The notes beneath the pieces were generated by a model, which was not told the origin of the DNA, did no database searches, and worked only from the letters and a program-made list of their open reading frames with translations. From Chara braunii (lineage: Eukaryota; Plantae; Charophyceae): a stretch of DNA of 64,000 nt. The position numbers were made by a program, and so were the translations under genes. Location of the stretch: positions 1,562,839 through 1,626,838 of the forward strand of contig BFEA01000005.1 in NCBI GenBank assembly GCA_003427395.1, in the 5' to 3' direction. Shown here in pieces: positions 38,086 to 50,969 of this stretch. Position 1 is the first letter of the stretch. Every line of letters starts with the position of its first letter.

Positions 38086-39680
38086 ACGGATAACTATGAA
38101 ATAACGACATCAAGTCCATCGTACGCAGCTACATAGTCTACAAAGCTTCATCTATAGAGGAGATGGCGACGTCCGCGGAGTAACGGCGACAAGCAGCCCC
38201 ACCATGATCAATTCGGCCACGACCACAAGGGAGACAATCGTTTGTTCTATCACGACTACGGCTTCTTTCAAGCGCACGATGAGCAATCGAGCATGATGAT
38301 GGAGGCGAGTACGAACAAAGGCACGAGCTTTGCGCCGCTACTGTCAAATACGTAAATTGAGACTAAATCCTTCGCTAGCAGTTGGCAGATACTCCTCTCA
38401 TGCTCACTTGCCTCTATCTAATGCATCTGGTCACACCCCTCGACCAAGTGCACTACTTCTGATGCGCCTGACAACCACAATCAGAGCAACAAACAACGCA
38501 ACCAGCACGACAGACCACACACATGACCGGGAGGAGCAGTGATGGCGACGCCCCAGTTCTCAACTTCTCACCAACATATGCAAAAATGGGAATCAATCCA
38601 ACACTGGAACTCGGTCGGATACGTGCGCTACTATAAGGTAAGTACATACTCTCTGACCCCTCCTCCCTTAGTCCCAATTATACTGAAGATGAGTAGGTTC
38701 ATGAAGAGGGCAGCGTGGCTAAGCCCCGACCGGTAGATTAAGAACGGGAATCGTCAAGATCGCGACCATGTGCATGACGAACAACATCTAGATCGAGATC
38801 ATGGCTGCAAGCAATTCCTTGATCAGTAGCCCGGTCTCAATATGTGATCACATGACGTAGGAGAAAAGGCGCCACGATGATGAGGGTGCAAATACTATGA
38901 CAACTATGATAACCAAAACAAAAACAAGCAGCACCCGGATATCACCCACCAAATGTGAAGAAGGAGGATGGATCTTCCACTAGAGCATGGGAAGATACAT
39001 GCAGAAAATCACATGCTGCTACGCCCGCATCCAGGCAAAATGAGAATGAATCTTCCGCTAGAAAATGGGGCTATTCATCCACTTTGTTTGCTTCCCCCTT
39101 TACTGCACCTATTGTGTTCCTAGGTCCAGATTCCCTCACTCTATTTTCCTTCTCATCTCTTCTCACTTCCCATTTCTATCCAGATTCACTCACTCTATTT
39201 TCCTTCTCATCTCTTCCCGCTTCCCATTTCTATTCTAAGTTTTCAAGCACTATTCTAACAACGATACTAGCACCACCGTCTGACTCGTCCGGGTTCGAAG
39301 CCCCGGATTCGATTCTTTCCTCCGACCGAATCAGTCGAAAACCGGGCTCACTAGCTCTTCTTCCTTCTCCCTGTCTTGTCGAGCTCGCCTTCTTCTTCTT
39401 TCTAACTCCCCTTCTTATACTCCAACAACGATCCGCTTCCATCAACCACTTCGCCTGATTGCAAGACCCCCGTCAAGTAAATAAATACAAATCTCGTGCA
39501 AGAATATGGCCAGGTACGTGTCCTCCCCCACTCCTCTCTTCTTTCTCCTCGTCATCTCCGTCTTCACCATTCCTTTTCCTTCTTCGTTGATGCCAGCTCG
39601 CTCCCCTTCCCGTAGCGCAGCCCCTCGTTACTTGGTCCGACCGAAATGTGCAGTGGGAAACCACAAACGAAAAAAGAAAA

Positions 39681-39780
39681 AAAACTCAGACCATTTCTTG
39701 ATTTATGCATGTCATCCTTGCGTAGGGGTCATGCTAATCTTCTCTATATCGTTCCAATTTTAACGGATGTCCCGAAGGAC
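39681..39780 (-). ncRNA. U6: Full-length U6 snRNA copy, probably a pseudogene (ACAGAGA box mutated to ATAGAGA)
   Basis: rc GTCCTTCGGGACATCCGTTAAAATTGGAACGATATAGAGAAGATTAGCATGACCCCTACGCAAGGATGACATGCATAAATCAAGAAATGGTCTGAGTTTT matches plant U6; followed by oligo-T. Confidence 0.95.
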
Positions 39781-39794
39781 AAAATCTGGTCTAG

Positions 39795-39935
39795 ACTTCG
39801 AAAATAACCAAATACTAGTCGGTTCGCCTTAGTCTTTGACCCCTACCCGAGTTTAATAAACGATATGTTTGTTAGTACCGCTACTAGCCTCCACCAGAGC
39901 CTTATCTGGTCTCGTTGTTGAGCGCATCAGTACCA
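39795..39935 (-). rRNA. Degenerate LSU rRNA fragment (domain II to LR5 site) directly upstream of U6
   Basis: AACCAAATACTAGTCGGTTCGCCTTAGTCTTTGACCCCTA..GCCTCCACCAGAG vs rc consensus AACCAGCTACTAGACGGTTCGATTAGTCTTTCGCCCCTA..GCCTCCACCAGAG. Confidence 0.85.
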
Positions 39936-42885
39936 GAAGGGGACCCTCCCGAGTGCATCACGGAGGATGTTGCATAACTTTTTATTACTAGTATAGCTTT
40001 CGCCGTTCTGGCCGAGTGCGCCAACCATACCTCTCGCGAACCCCCACGACAAAATAGGATCACGCGAGGTACAACTTACCTTTGCCCAAGGGGTTGTTAC
40101 CACCCTTGGACAGGTGTATTCCCGTCGCGCTTTCGAACCACGTGTGAAAGTTACTCAGTTGCAATCGTAGAGGTGACCCAACTGATGACGTTTCTCGTAC
40201 GTATGCGTGGTCGTACACCTTAATCGGACCCGTACGCGAGCCAACGCTCTGGGGGGTTATGTCCCAAGTGTGACGTGGCGTCAGTCGACTAGGACGATCC
40301 GTCTAACCATACGATTCACCACGCCAAGACAAAACCAAGTTTCACTCATAAATCGCGCGTCGTCCCTTTTTGTATCCGACCCATAACTTTTGTCAACTGT
40401 AAAACAGTCCGAGTGTCACACGTGAAAACTCTAAATAAATATTGCGGCAACGTAGGCCTTAGTCAGTCGCAGTGATGGCGTGCTATAGGGTACCCATAAT
40501 CATACAATCCTCAATGGCTTTGGGGGTCGCTTTCGACACTCAAGTGTCGGCTGATAAGTGTCCATAATCGGGCGGTCCCTCGTGGATCCGAGTACCGCTT
40601 ATGACACTCGAGTATCAGATTCAAAATACCGTGAAGGTTTTCCCCTTCACAATATTGCACGGCTGAACTAACAGTCGTGCGGCCTCCGCGACAACTCCGA
40701 CCTTTAGGCTGAGTATCCCGGTAGGCAGGGCAAATAGGCTCTGCGCGGGGGGTGATCCCTTCCATGCAGAGTCTAGGACCTGGGATGTCCTGGACAAGAA
40801 CCTCGAATCCAAGCCAAGGACCAATGTCCGACTAAGAAATCTCTTTAAGAAACATACAACAGTAAAGGGGTTTTCCTCCCTTTTCTTGATCTCGACCCCA
40901 ATCAACCCTTAAGCGTGGATCCTTTAGGCCACACGAACCACCCAAACATAGGTATGTGCATATATGTACATATATATAGATATATAGTTGGGAATAAGTA
41001 TGTGAAGATCACTTCTCACAATCACAGAGGGACTCCTCTCAACCATATATATGTATATGATCGCAGGCAGTCAAATCCAAAGTCTGAACCACGAAACATA
41101 CCTGCAATCACATCAAAGAGTCAACCAGAAATTCACACACTACACAGAGTGAACTTCAACCATTTCCTATACTCATACCCCTCGCTTTAGCCATGCAAAC
41201 CCCAGCCTTTGTCCAACCTTCCATAATTAAATACTCAGTTCCTTTGTTAAATGATCATTCGAAAAAGTTCGGGTGAAAACCTTAATAAAACAATAGAAAC
41301 TACCAGGGCTAAAGACTTTTAGGTTGAGTATTGAGGATGAATTGAAGTTGAGTCATAGATCGACGAATCGGCAACCGACCTGTTATCAGTGATAGTACAA
41401 GATGATCCTCTTGGTATTAAGCTGAATTTAGTTCAAATCATGAATCGAGTGTCCAAAGAAGGCCTGTATCATAAAAGAGGTCAATGTCGAAGCTAAATCA
41501 TCAGTGTATGGTGAGTGAATCTCCATAGCACATTTTCACCTAAGGTCCTCCTACAAGCTAAACCTAGACCCACCTCTAAGTCAGTACCCAACACAATATA
41601 AACCTATGGAAGTATCTCTCCTATTCAAGGTGAACTACCAGAATTGTCACCAGTCAAAATATAGTCCAACTCCTGTAAACTAAGAAAATTTCGGCAGCGC
41701 TTCCCGTAGGAAAAGTGCCTTCTCAGAATTTATATTAACTCAGATATGAAAAAAAAAAAAAAATAATCGTGAAAAATCAAATTTTATCTAACTCCCTGAA
41801 TTAGTAAAAATTTGGGCATCACTCCCTTTAGAAAATAATTCTTTCCATATTTTTTCTAACTCAGATATGAACTCAGAAACAAGACATTAGTTCAATTAAG
41901 ACAAATTTTAACTAACTCCTTAGATTTGTAGAAATTTCGATAACACTCCCTTTAGAAAAGTGTTAATCCAAGATTTATACAAAGCTAAGTTCAGAATCTA
42001 AAGTGACTTTGACTTCTCTAAGTCCAATTTTGAGGTAGCAAAAATTTAGGCAGCACTCCCTTTGGAAAAAGAGACTTTCTAAGTTTTTACCAAACCAAAA
42101 TGTCAGACAAACTGAACCTTGAAAAAAAAAAAATTTTGATTAACTCCTTGGTTTTGTAGAAATTTTGGCAGCGCTTGACGTAAAGAAAGTGTCTTACCAA
42201 GACTTATACAAGACCAAGTATAATAAAATATCCGAGAAAATGCAGGAATTGACCTAAGTAAAATAAACTCAGCTAAAAAAATGCAGGAATTGAAAATAAC
42301 TCATATGACTCTAGAACGTGACGAGCAACTAAAACAACTACCTATCAACTGAAAACTCAGACTAAGTAATGATCTCACTCAGCCACATGCAAGCCAAACC
42401 ACAAAGGTAAATACTTTCACCAACCCCAAAGTCAACCTTATCAAATAATAGTTCATGATCTTTTAATGATTTATCCCTTTATACCCAGCTTACATAAGGC
42501 ATAAAGCTAGACCGCCCAGCCTTATGGGAATCTGTCTAGCTCAGCCATAAAATATACACAAACACAGGGCACTACAACTTTTCCCTTCTTTGGGCGCATG
42601 ACTAGGTTAGCCAGCCTAGTCGCCCTAAACCATTTAAGTATCCAAGTTATATATAATTGTCTGCACTTTGTCTTTTAAGGCAACATATGACTGAACCGGT
42701 CATCTTAGATCAAGATTCGGTCTGTCCCTTCTTACCACAATTTTTTATTATTAATTCATACTCTCTTAAGTTGGCGATAAGCTATAGTCAGACAATCCAA
42801 TCTTATGCAAAAAAGTCTATCATGTTCACAAGTAAGTAGTATAAGATATAAACAATGTTAATCTTTTGGTTCTAGCATGTGCACG

Positions 42886-42985
42886 CACAAATGGTTAACA
42901 GGTACCCTCACTTTTATGGTTAAAATGACCGTTTGGTTTTCTTATAAATGAGGGTGAAAATTGGGGGGTCGGTTAACCTTCTCTC
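42886..42985. mobile_element. 100-bp deletion derivative of the MITE at 28347
   Basis: Same ends CACAAATGGTTAAC / GTTAACCTTxTCTC and shared TTAAAATGACC-TTTGGTTTTC-TATAAATG. Confidence 0.75.
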
Positions 42986-45900
42986 TGTACGCGGCTCCAG
43001 ACCAGACCACCCAATCTTATGGGAACCTGTCCAGTCCTTTGCTTGAATTTCTCCCTCAAAAATAAAATAAGAAAGAGTTAGGGTCATCTAATCTTATGGA
43101 ACGTGCCTAACTCTTGTCCAGAACTAATACAACATAAGAAAACTCAAAGAAACAAGGCAACCAAACCATCCAATCTTATGGAAAAATGCTTGGTCCCTGA
43201 AAGTCAAACACATGCAACCGTCGCAAATCAAAGCAACTAGACACCCAATCTTATGGGAACCTGTCTGGTCCTTCAGACAATAAAAAATAAACATAGCACT
43301 GGGCCCTCCAGTCTTATGGAGACTTCCCCAACCTTTGGTTGGCCCAGTTAGACACAAGCAGTACCACCTTTCTCTCATCCTTCCCCCAGATGCAATCCCA
43401 CAATTTATTTTCACTCAGGCTATAAATTGAAACTAACATTACGCATGCACTCCTTTACTTAAGTCTGAGTCATGTCCTGAAGGTCAAACTGAAAGTCAAA
43501 ATACGAATGCACTCAGTATACTCAGTCAAAACGCAATCAGAAATACAGATAATAAGGTTTAACTGGTTTATAGAAGGAAGGTGAATCCTTTACCTCTCAG
43601 TTCCCTGCCTCCAGAACTCCTCCTGAGCTCCGGCCGAGCTCCGGCCGAGCTCCGGCCGAGCTCCGGCAAACGGTGGGCTGACTCCCCACAGAGTCTTGCT
43701 GCGGTTTTACAGGTTGCAATCCCTCCTGGTGCCTCCCTCTCAGAACCTTAGACTAGACTTAGAGTAAGAGGGGCAGAAGAAGAGGTTTCACACGCTCGAG
43801 ATACAAAAGGGGAACAACTCAACTCTCAGGAGAGGGCCTTGACACCTTCACTCGCCTAAGGGCCCCGCAATGATGACCAGAATGTATAGCACCTTGGTCA
43901 AACTGAGGTTAACCCTCTGACTATTGATTCCCTGAAGGTCCCCCCAGTCGTAGCAAACAACAAAAGCCCCCTTTCACAGACCGAGTCACTCCGCCAAACT
44001 TACGTCCCGAAGTGTACTGCTACAAGTGAGTCTACCTCCTCGTAGCTCACCTTCAGCTATTGTTGTCGCTAGGACAAGCATCGTGCCGACCAACAATCAA
44101 GTCCTCCACCCCGCAGCTCGTTTCCAACTAGTTTGTCCAACGGACTAGGCAGCACTTCAGTCAACAGCTAGGCTTGCACCCCAACGATTGTCTCACTCCA
44201 GCAGGTTTGTTCGGTGCCGAACGGCGGCACACCATATGTGACAAATGCCTAACAAGAAATAGCGGTTACAACAGTCGCAGCAGTCGCAGCCCTGCGAACC
44301 CAAGGCACAACGGTGGACTCCAAGTATCAGTCGCCCTGGCCTCGAGGCAGACTGCAACAACGCAATGGTATCAATAGTTAAAATACAGTTGCCAACACAT
44401 CCCCCGCAACTTGTAGGAAGAAAACACATTGCTACTAGTTACTTCCAGAAGTTCGCTGTTTAGGCAGGACTTATCAGTTGTTCAATCGCAGGATTCAACA
44501 AACCAACTGCACCGTATTGTCAACAATATCGGACGCAGTTGCGTTAGTACTTCACTGCACTAGTAGCTTTGGTTCATCAAGATGCAGTTGGAATCCGAGT
44601 GTTTAGCCGAACTGTAAGTGACAACCCTTGGCGTCAGCCGCTCGCAACTTCACTCCTCTTCAACTGACGGAATCTGCGCTCGAATCTGAGTCTGTATTGC
44701 AGTAGTTCAAAGGCGTACCAACAGAGCAAGGCCCGTTGATTCGAGCTCATGTCTGCAACTCAACGATCCCATATACGTATCAACTTCGCAGCCTGCCGGT
44801 GTGCAAAATTTGAGAAGGGATCTTCCACAAGAATGAGGGCTGATTCATCCACCTTCCCGTCCTGCGAGCAAAGTGATAGGGAGCTGCTACTTTTATCGAT
44901 AAGGTGAGCAATGCACCGACCAACAGGTAAGTCTCCAACTTCACTTTGCCTCGCTACTTCCTCCGGACGGATGAGCAAAATCGGAATGAATCTCCTGCCA
45001 GAGTATACAAATATGCATTATCTGCGCAACAAGCCTGATCGTTATCGGGATCGAATTTGCTATTACTCCGCTGTTGCGCCTCGGCTACCTGTAGCGCCAC
45101 TTTTTGTAGAAGTTGAGTTCTCTCCCCCTATCACACTTACTTCCTGTTTTTCTTTCTCCTCACTCTCTCTCTTTTTCTCTCTCTGTCTGTGCGACATTCG
45201 AACCTGCCCGCCTGCTCGCTGCCTTCACACAATCGCTGCTCACCTGTTCGTTATTGCCTCAAACGAATCTTTCACCAGGACGTGGCCAGGTGCATCTCCT
45301 CGATGAACTTGACCACTCACAAAGAGAAGGACGATATTGGAACAACGGAACAATCGACAGCACCGTCGATAGCGCGCTCGAGGAGGAAGTCGCTCCGCCC
45401 TTTTGCTCAATATATATAACGGGAATGAATCTTTCCCTACATTGTGGGAAGATACACTTACATTTTTGCCAAGATAAATGAGAAAAACTTCCTTCTCTGG
45501 CGCGACTCTCGCCGCTTGTAATGCAAAATCTGCCTACCAAACCTTGCAATTCGAGCTCAGTATTGGATTCGTCGTTCCTCGAGCCCCCCGAGATGAACCC
45601 TCACTCGCTCGTTTTCGTCGAGGATCGAGCGAGGTACTCGATCTCCATCCTCGCCAGATCCGCTCTTCCCCGACACTCTCGCGCAACCCCACTCTACTCT
45701 AGCTCCTTAAACACTCCTCCAACCACCAAACGAACCCTGCCACTCGACTCGAACCGCGTCGAAATCCTGAAATTGTCTCCTTCCCCGTCTGATTCTGCCA
45801 AGAATCGGATGAGCTTAGCGTCCTCTTCTTTTTCTTACCTTCCATTTTCCATCTCCCGCGCGACTCTTTCTCTCACTAACATCTAATCTACTAACTCATC

Positions 45901-46227
45901 GGTCGTACCGACCTTATCATCCGATTCGCCCGGGGCCAGAACCTCGGATTTGCCTCTTTCCTTGCCGAGATCGCTCGTCAAACGGGCGAGAATCATCCTC
46001 TCTCCTTTCCTGTCACACTCTATCTTCTACCATCCCCATTCCTTAACTACACCTGGCGCGAAAATGCGTCCAGATGCCTCCGTCCTCTCCAGCCTTGAAT
46101 CCCCGTTTCTTCTCTCGCCCTTTCCTCCGACTCCTAGCACAGCTCCTAATAACGCAGCAGTCTCGTCCGACCCCCCGACAATTCTGACTTCCACAATTCT
46201 GACTTCCACAATTCTGACTTCCACACG

Positions 46228-46337
46228 GGGGCTTCGGAGGGGGACTTGCTATGATTCGATTAGTCTTTCGCCCCTAGGTGCTCGTCCGACGAGCCGGCCG
46301 CACGCCGATGTGGCTGCGACCTCCACCTACAGCATCC
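46228..46337 (-). rRNA. Degenerate LSU rRNA fragment ending at the LR5 site
   Basis: CTTCGGAGGG..TTCGATTAGTCTTTCGCCCCTA is an exact rc match to the conserved core. Confidence 0.88.
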
Positions 46338-46356
46338 CTAGCCCGAATCAAAGTCA

Positions 46357-46690
46357 AACTGCGCTCTAACCCAGATACTACAGCGGGTATCGATTGATAC
46401 AGACAGTAGGATGGTGGTCATTGAAGTCGAAATCTGCCAAAGGGTGTGTAACAACTCACCTACCAAATCGATCAGCCCCTGCAGATGGTGTTGCAGCGTC
46501 CGGCCTATGCTCGGCCTTCGCAACTCCGCCTCTTCAATGAGCAGGAGGGCGAGGGACGACTGCTAAACCAGCAGCGTGAACCTGGGTGGGACGGGCCCCG
46601 GTGCAGATCTTGGTGGTAGTAGCAAGGATTCGAATGGGCTTTGAAGACCAAAGTGGACAGGAGTCCCACGATTCCACAGCTTGGCATATC
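46357..46690 (+). rRNA. Degenerate LSU rRNA fragment including the GTPase-associated centre and LR7 site, antisense to B3
   Basis: AGACAGTAGGATGGTGGTCATTGAAGTCGAAATCTGCCAAAGGGTGTGTAACAACTCACCTACC and CGGTGCAGATCTTGGTGGTAGTAGCAA (46599-46625, exact match to remembered consensus). Confidence 0.95.
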
Positions 46691-46784
46691 GAACCCTTGC
46701 GCCCGAGCATGGAGGGGAGTCTCGTGGGCATACTCGCACCCACCCCTTCACTGCGGACTACGGGGAACATAATGGAGCCCCTGC

Positions 46785-46985
46785 AGAATATCCCCGCCAC
46801 TCAAGTTTCTTCCGGCTTGCGGGCTAATCATCCGTCGACACGCATGCACGCTGAACCCTCTGGTCCACACTCCAAGGCAGTGGAACCGAGGACTCTCACC
46901 AGCATCCCGAACACTCAAAGAACCCATAAGTCAACGAGAAGGAGGCGTGCGCTCAAGGCCCTCGACCGTCGCGGCGGCCTCCAAA
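46785..46985 (-). rRNA. Degenerate LSU rRNA fragment around D2/LR3
   Basis: CCCGCCACTCAAGTTTCTTCCGGCTTGCGGGCTAATCATCCGTCGACACGCATGCACG..TGGTCC is collinear with rc consensus. Confidence 0.7.
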
Positions 46986-47690
46986 TCCCGCACCTCATCT
47001 GAGTTAAGGAGTATCGAAGTAAAATAATAATAGTACAAAAATAATAAAAATATTTAGAACCTTTTTAATCGTCACGAAACGACGAACGAGGAAAAGGGAA
47101 CCACTAATACCGTTTTGACGCCGCCGGCTGCAAAACCAAACGGGGATAGCCCCGTCGGACCCTCAACCTCGCGGTTCCTTCGCGCCGCTTTGATATCCCC
47201 TCGTTGTCGCCGCTCAGTCTCGATCCGCGAATCTCTATGATGAAAGTCTGATGCCATAACCGCTAGTGCTAGGCCCAAGGCTGGGACTAACTCTGACAAA
47301 CACCTAAATAAATTGATACTGCGCGACGCTCAGACCTACCGAACCATTTTCAGAACCACATTGTTGTCGATGTCGCCCTCCGCACGTACGCACAAGTCAC
47401 AGGCAAGCACATCAATCAATGAGACATAATCTCTTCAATCCTACTTTAATCAGAAACAAAAGACCTGGCCGACGATTACGCCGAATCTTCACTCATTTAC
47501 AAATAAAAGGATCACGCGCGCCTTAAGTCTGTGCGCCCACACACTCTCTGCTCTAGTCAACCACCTAGCTAACGTAAACCATAGCCTCAACCACGCCTCG
47601 TGCAGTATACTTAAACTTTTAAATCAAACTTATTTTCTGTCACTCGCAAAAAACAAGGCGGATACCCTTGTAAGGGTATTCGCACCGACA

Positions 47691-49660
47691 TCGGTCAGCC
47701 CATGGGCGTCCCCATGTGCTTCCAAGTGAACCGAGGTACCCCCAAGGCCAAATTTCACCACTAGGCCTCTCCGAGGGTACCTGGATCTTATTTTGGCCAA
47801 GTACATGCAGTCCGAGTGGTTGGTACTAACCCGGACTGCCTCTTGGCCTCCTCAAGCCTCCTTTTCCTTTTCAAATATTTCCCCGCTGGGTCCAAGTGCC
47901 AAACGGGCAGCCTTATTTGAAAGAAAAAAAACTTATGGACCTTTTTATCACTTTTTGTTGTTTCTACCCCATTTTGGGTAGGCCGAGATATTTTTTGACA
48001 TCTCGAAGCAATCTCAGCCTCGGATCTGGCTAAGATCCAAGACCAACATTATTCTGAGCTACCCCCAAGTGGTCCTTGCTTCAATTTTGGGGCCCTAGGC
48101 TCACTTTTTCAATTTTTGCTTCATCTGTTTTTTTTTTTGGGCCAAATGCACAGTTTCGGCCTTTTCCTTCCTTTGCTTCTTTCCATTTTCAGCTTCCAAC
48201 TCATTCCGGAGTTGACCGTTTGAGATGGCTCCACAAAAAACGGTCATATGCTCTCAACCATGAGATCTGATCTCAAATCCATGACTCAGAAAAAAAAAAC
48301 GGCCAACTCCTCTTTGTTTTTTCACTCATTTTTTATCTTTTAAATTTATATATTATCGAGGCAATCCGGATTGCCCTCCACAAAATTTGGAGGGATGAGG
48401 TCACATTAGGGGCTGTATCTGGTTTCGAATGTATCTCCCCAAACGACCGTTTTTTACCGTTAATTTTTTCTTTTATTTTCTTTTTTTCCCTTTTTCTTTT
48501 ATTTTCTTTCTCTTCCATTTTCGGACAGTAGGGACCTGTCAGTCCCTACTTGTGTCAGTCCCTACTGACGGCCAACTCACTCACTCTCTCTCACTCCTTT
48601 TGTCTTATTCTCTCACTCTTTTTCTTTTCTTTTTCTTTCTTTTTCTAACATGCTAAGTGTCAACTAGTCGTTAAGGTATTTTCTAGGCTCTTCCTCTTAG
48701 TTTTGGCCCTTCGTATGCCCAAGGTGCAGTCCGTTATTTCTCAGACTGCAATTGAGGCACCCCCATGCTCATGGGAGCCTCCTTTTGCCCCCCTTTCTTC
48801 CAAATTGTGCTCCCCTTTGCTCCGATTTTCTCTCGGGGCCTATTTTTCACATCGAGCCTCTTCAGGCTCCATTTTTTTCTCAAGGTGGCTAGTCCGAGAT
48901 ATTTTGGATTGCTGCCATGCCTCATCCCTTGCTTTTTTTTTGCTTTCCTTTCTGTTTTGACCCTCCCGTTTGCCTCTACTAGTGCTTGTAGTAGTGGTGC
49001 TAATATTCTTGGCCGTCTAGATCTTGATCTTGACGACACTACTTGCCTTGGGCATATTCTTCTCATGACTGTTCACATCTTTACCTTGGGACATCACAAG
49101 TCCCCGCCACTTGTCCCGTACTAGTCCCCGACACTTGTCCCATGCTAGTCCCCGACACTTGTCCCGCGGGTGGTCCCGCTCGAACTTGTCCCGCCGGTGG
49201 TCACGCCGGTACTTGGCCCCAAAATGCCATTATTTTTATTTAGTCCTTTATGGTCCCCGACACTTTTCCTTGCGGTCTCCCGGTCTCTCTTGGCAATTTC
49301 CACCTCATGGCTGCCCCTTTTCTAGTCTCTTTTTATGTCCCACGCGCGCCAGTGTTCCCGGCTGCCACTCTTTACTCGGCTCATGGCCCTTGGGCCTTTC
49401 TTATGTCGCACACCGGCAGCCCTCTTGGCCCCGTGCTCAATTCTCACGTATCGGTGCCCCAACACTAATTTTCTTTACCTCCTTGACTCCTTTCTTCCTG
49501 CGACCCGCAACCCAGGGCATTATTTTTTCTGGCGGTCCTTCTTCTTTCGGGAAGAAGGGCCGCCTTTGTTATTCTCTTGCGGCCCTTTGCCGTTTACTAT
49601 TTTACTAATTTCTTCTTGGTCCACTGGTTCCGACGGCCCAGGGCATTTTTTAGGGCCCTA
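47691..49660 (-). mobile_element. Repeat family A copy, interrupted by B3
   Basis: Collinear with 4233-5640. Confidence 0.7.
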
Positions 49661-49724
49661 GACGGGCACTTATGCCTTAGCCTTCCATCCTTTCTATCAC
49701 TCTGTCCTCCTGTTTCTTTGTCGT

Positions 49725-50961
49725 TCACAATCTTGTCGTATACCACCTCTCAAGGGTCAGGACTTGTTTCGGGACCCACCGGACCCGACACCGCCTACGC
49801 TTTTCACGAAGGGTATAAAGTCTTCGGATCTCGTCATCGATGTCATCCACTTTGCCAAACTCATCGTCTTGTGTTTCACTCCTCCTAGTTGACGTCGGCG
49901 TGCGCATCATCTGAGCCTCCTCCAGCCTGGCCTCATCACGATTAGCGATGAACTGTCATCCGAGCAAGGCCAACAATTCAGCCTTAGTGGCTTCGGCATG
50001 CCACGCTGTCTCAGCCTTAAGCTGCTTCTGGATACACTGTCGATCCTCCATTTTCTCTGGACCGCCTCATGTTGCTTGCGTTCCTGAAAAAGAGTACGAA
50101 GAAACTTTTTTCCCTCAAAATCTTCAGGATTCCGACGCGGAGTCTAGAAGCAAGGAGTCAGAGGAGCAGGGATCCCTGGACCAACCGCTGCACTCTGGTT
50201 AGTATGACATTCACGGGCGAAGTGACCATCACCACCACAGGAAAAACACTTAAGACCATTGCCAACCATCAAGAAAGGAAAACTAATCCACATAAGACAG
50301 TTGAAGACAACCCCCTAATTGTGTCTGATGAAAACACCATACCGACTTGCTTCCTCGTCGTATGTAACTATCACCCGAATGAGGTGATCCTCAATCAGAA
50401 AGGCACACCGCAGAAGCACACGCATCATATCAAAAGTGGTACAGTAACAGAAAGAGTGAGAAAGAATGCCAAATCCTAATGTGAAGAAATAATAGACGAG
50501 CATTTTGAAGGCAACACCGATCCAAGGTACAACAAGCCGTGCAGTACAAACACCAAAAGAGAGTGAAGACCCACCAAGCGCCAACTCGACAAAACGACAA
50601 CCCACCATCAAAGTGTAGGTGTGGCCACCAATTAATGTGCAACCTCATTCACGGATACCATGTTAATCAGAGAAGAGGAACTGTCGGCAAACAGTCTCTC
50701 GCATGAGTCAGGATCGAAAAATACACCAATATAGAATAATCCAGATCGCACGCAAAGTTTGACCTGAGTACGAATACACAGAAGGGAACAAAAAGCCCAA
50801 AATAAAACATGAGACACAGGGCTTCGGATTCCAAACCCGAGGAGTCAAAAAGACTCAACCCACCATATCCATCCTCAAACCGATGCGGCCATCCCTCAAT
50901 GCGTTTCTACTACCCCGCCAGTACCGCCATCAAGAGATATCCTGATTATAATCTAACGACA
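49725..50961 (-). mobile_element. Probable LTR (~50205-50961) plus leader and decayed gag-like N-terminus
   Basis: Minus strand TGTCGTTAG..GAATGTCA, then a charged coiled-coil-like reading (DDIDDEIRRLYTLREKRRR); PBS not canonical. Confidence 0.35.
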
Positions 50962-50969
50962 TCCATCAA

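Larger units (their letters stand above)
36620..40420 (-). mobile_element. Family B-related element B4 carrying LSU fragments and U6
   Basis: Starts rc TGTGACACTC at 40420; 36860-37140 is homologous to B3 43355-43995; shares the ATCTTCC/GGAAGAT hairpin and the LR5-ending LSU block. Confidence 0.65.
40421..47690 (-). mobile_element. Repeat family B copy B3 (~7.3 kb, non-coding, LTR-like)
   Basis: rc start TGTCGGTGCGAATACCCTTACAAGGGTATCCGCC; homologous to B1 at both ends and to B2 throughout; internal tandem arrays at 41690-42250 and 43010-43330. Confidence 0.8.

Noticed and set aside
39681-39780. Active U6 gene
   Set aside because: Invariant ACAGAGA box and internal stem-loop mutated; no USE/TATA upstream
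46228-46985. Functional rDNA unit
   Set aside because: Fragments are short, diverged, in mixed orientation, and lack 18S/5.8S/ITS context
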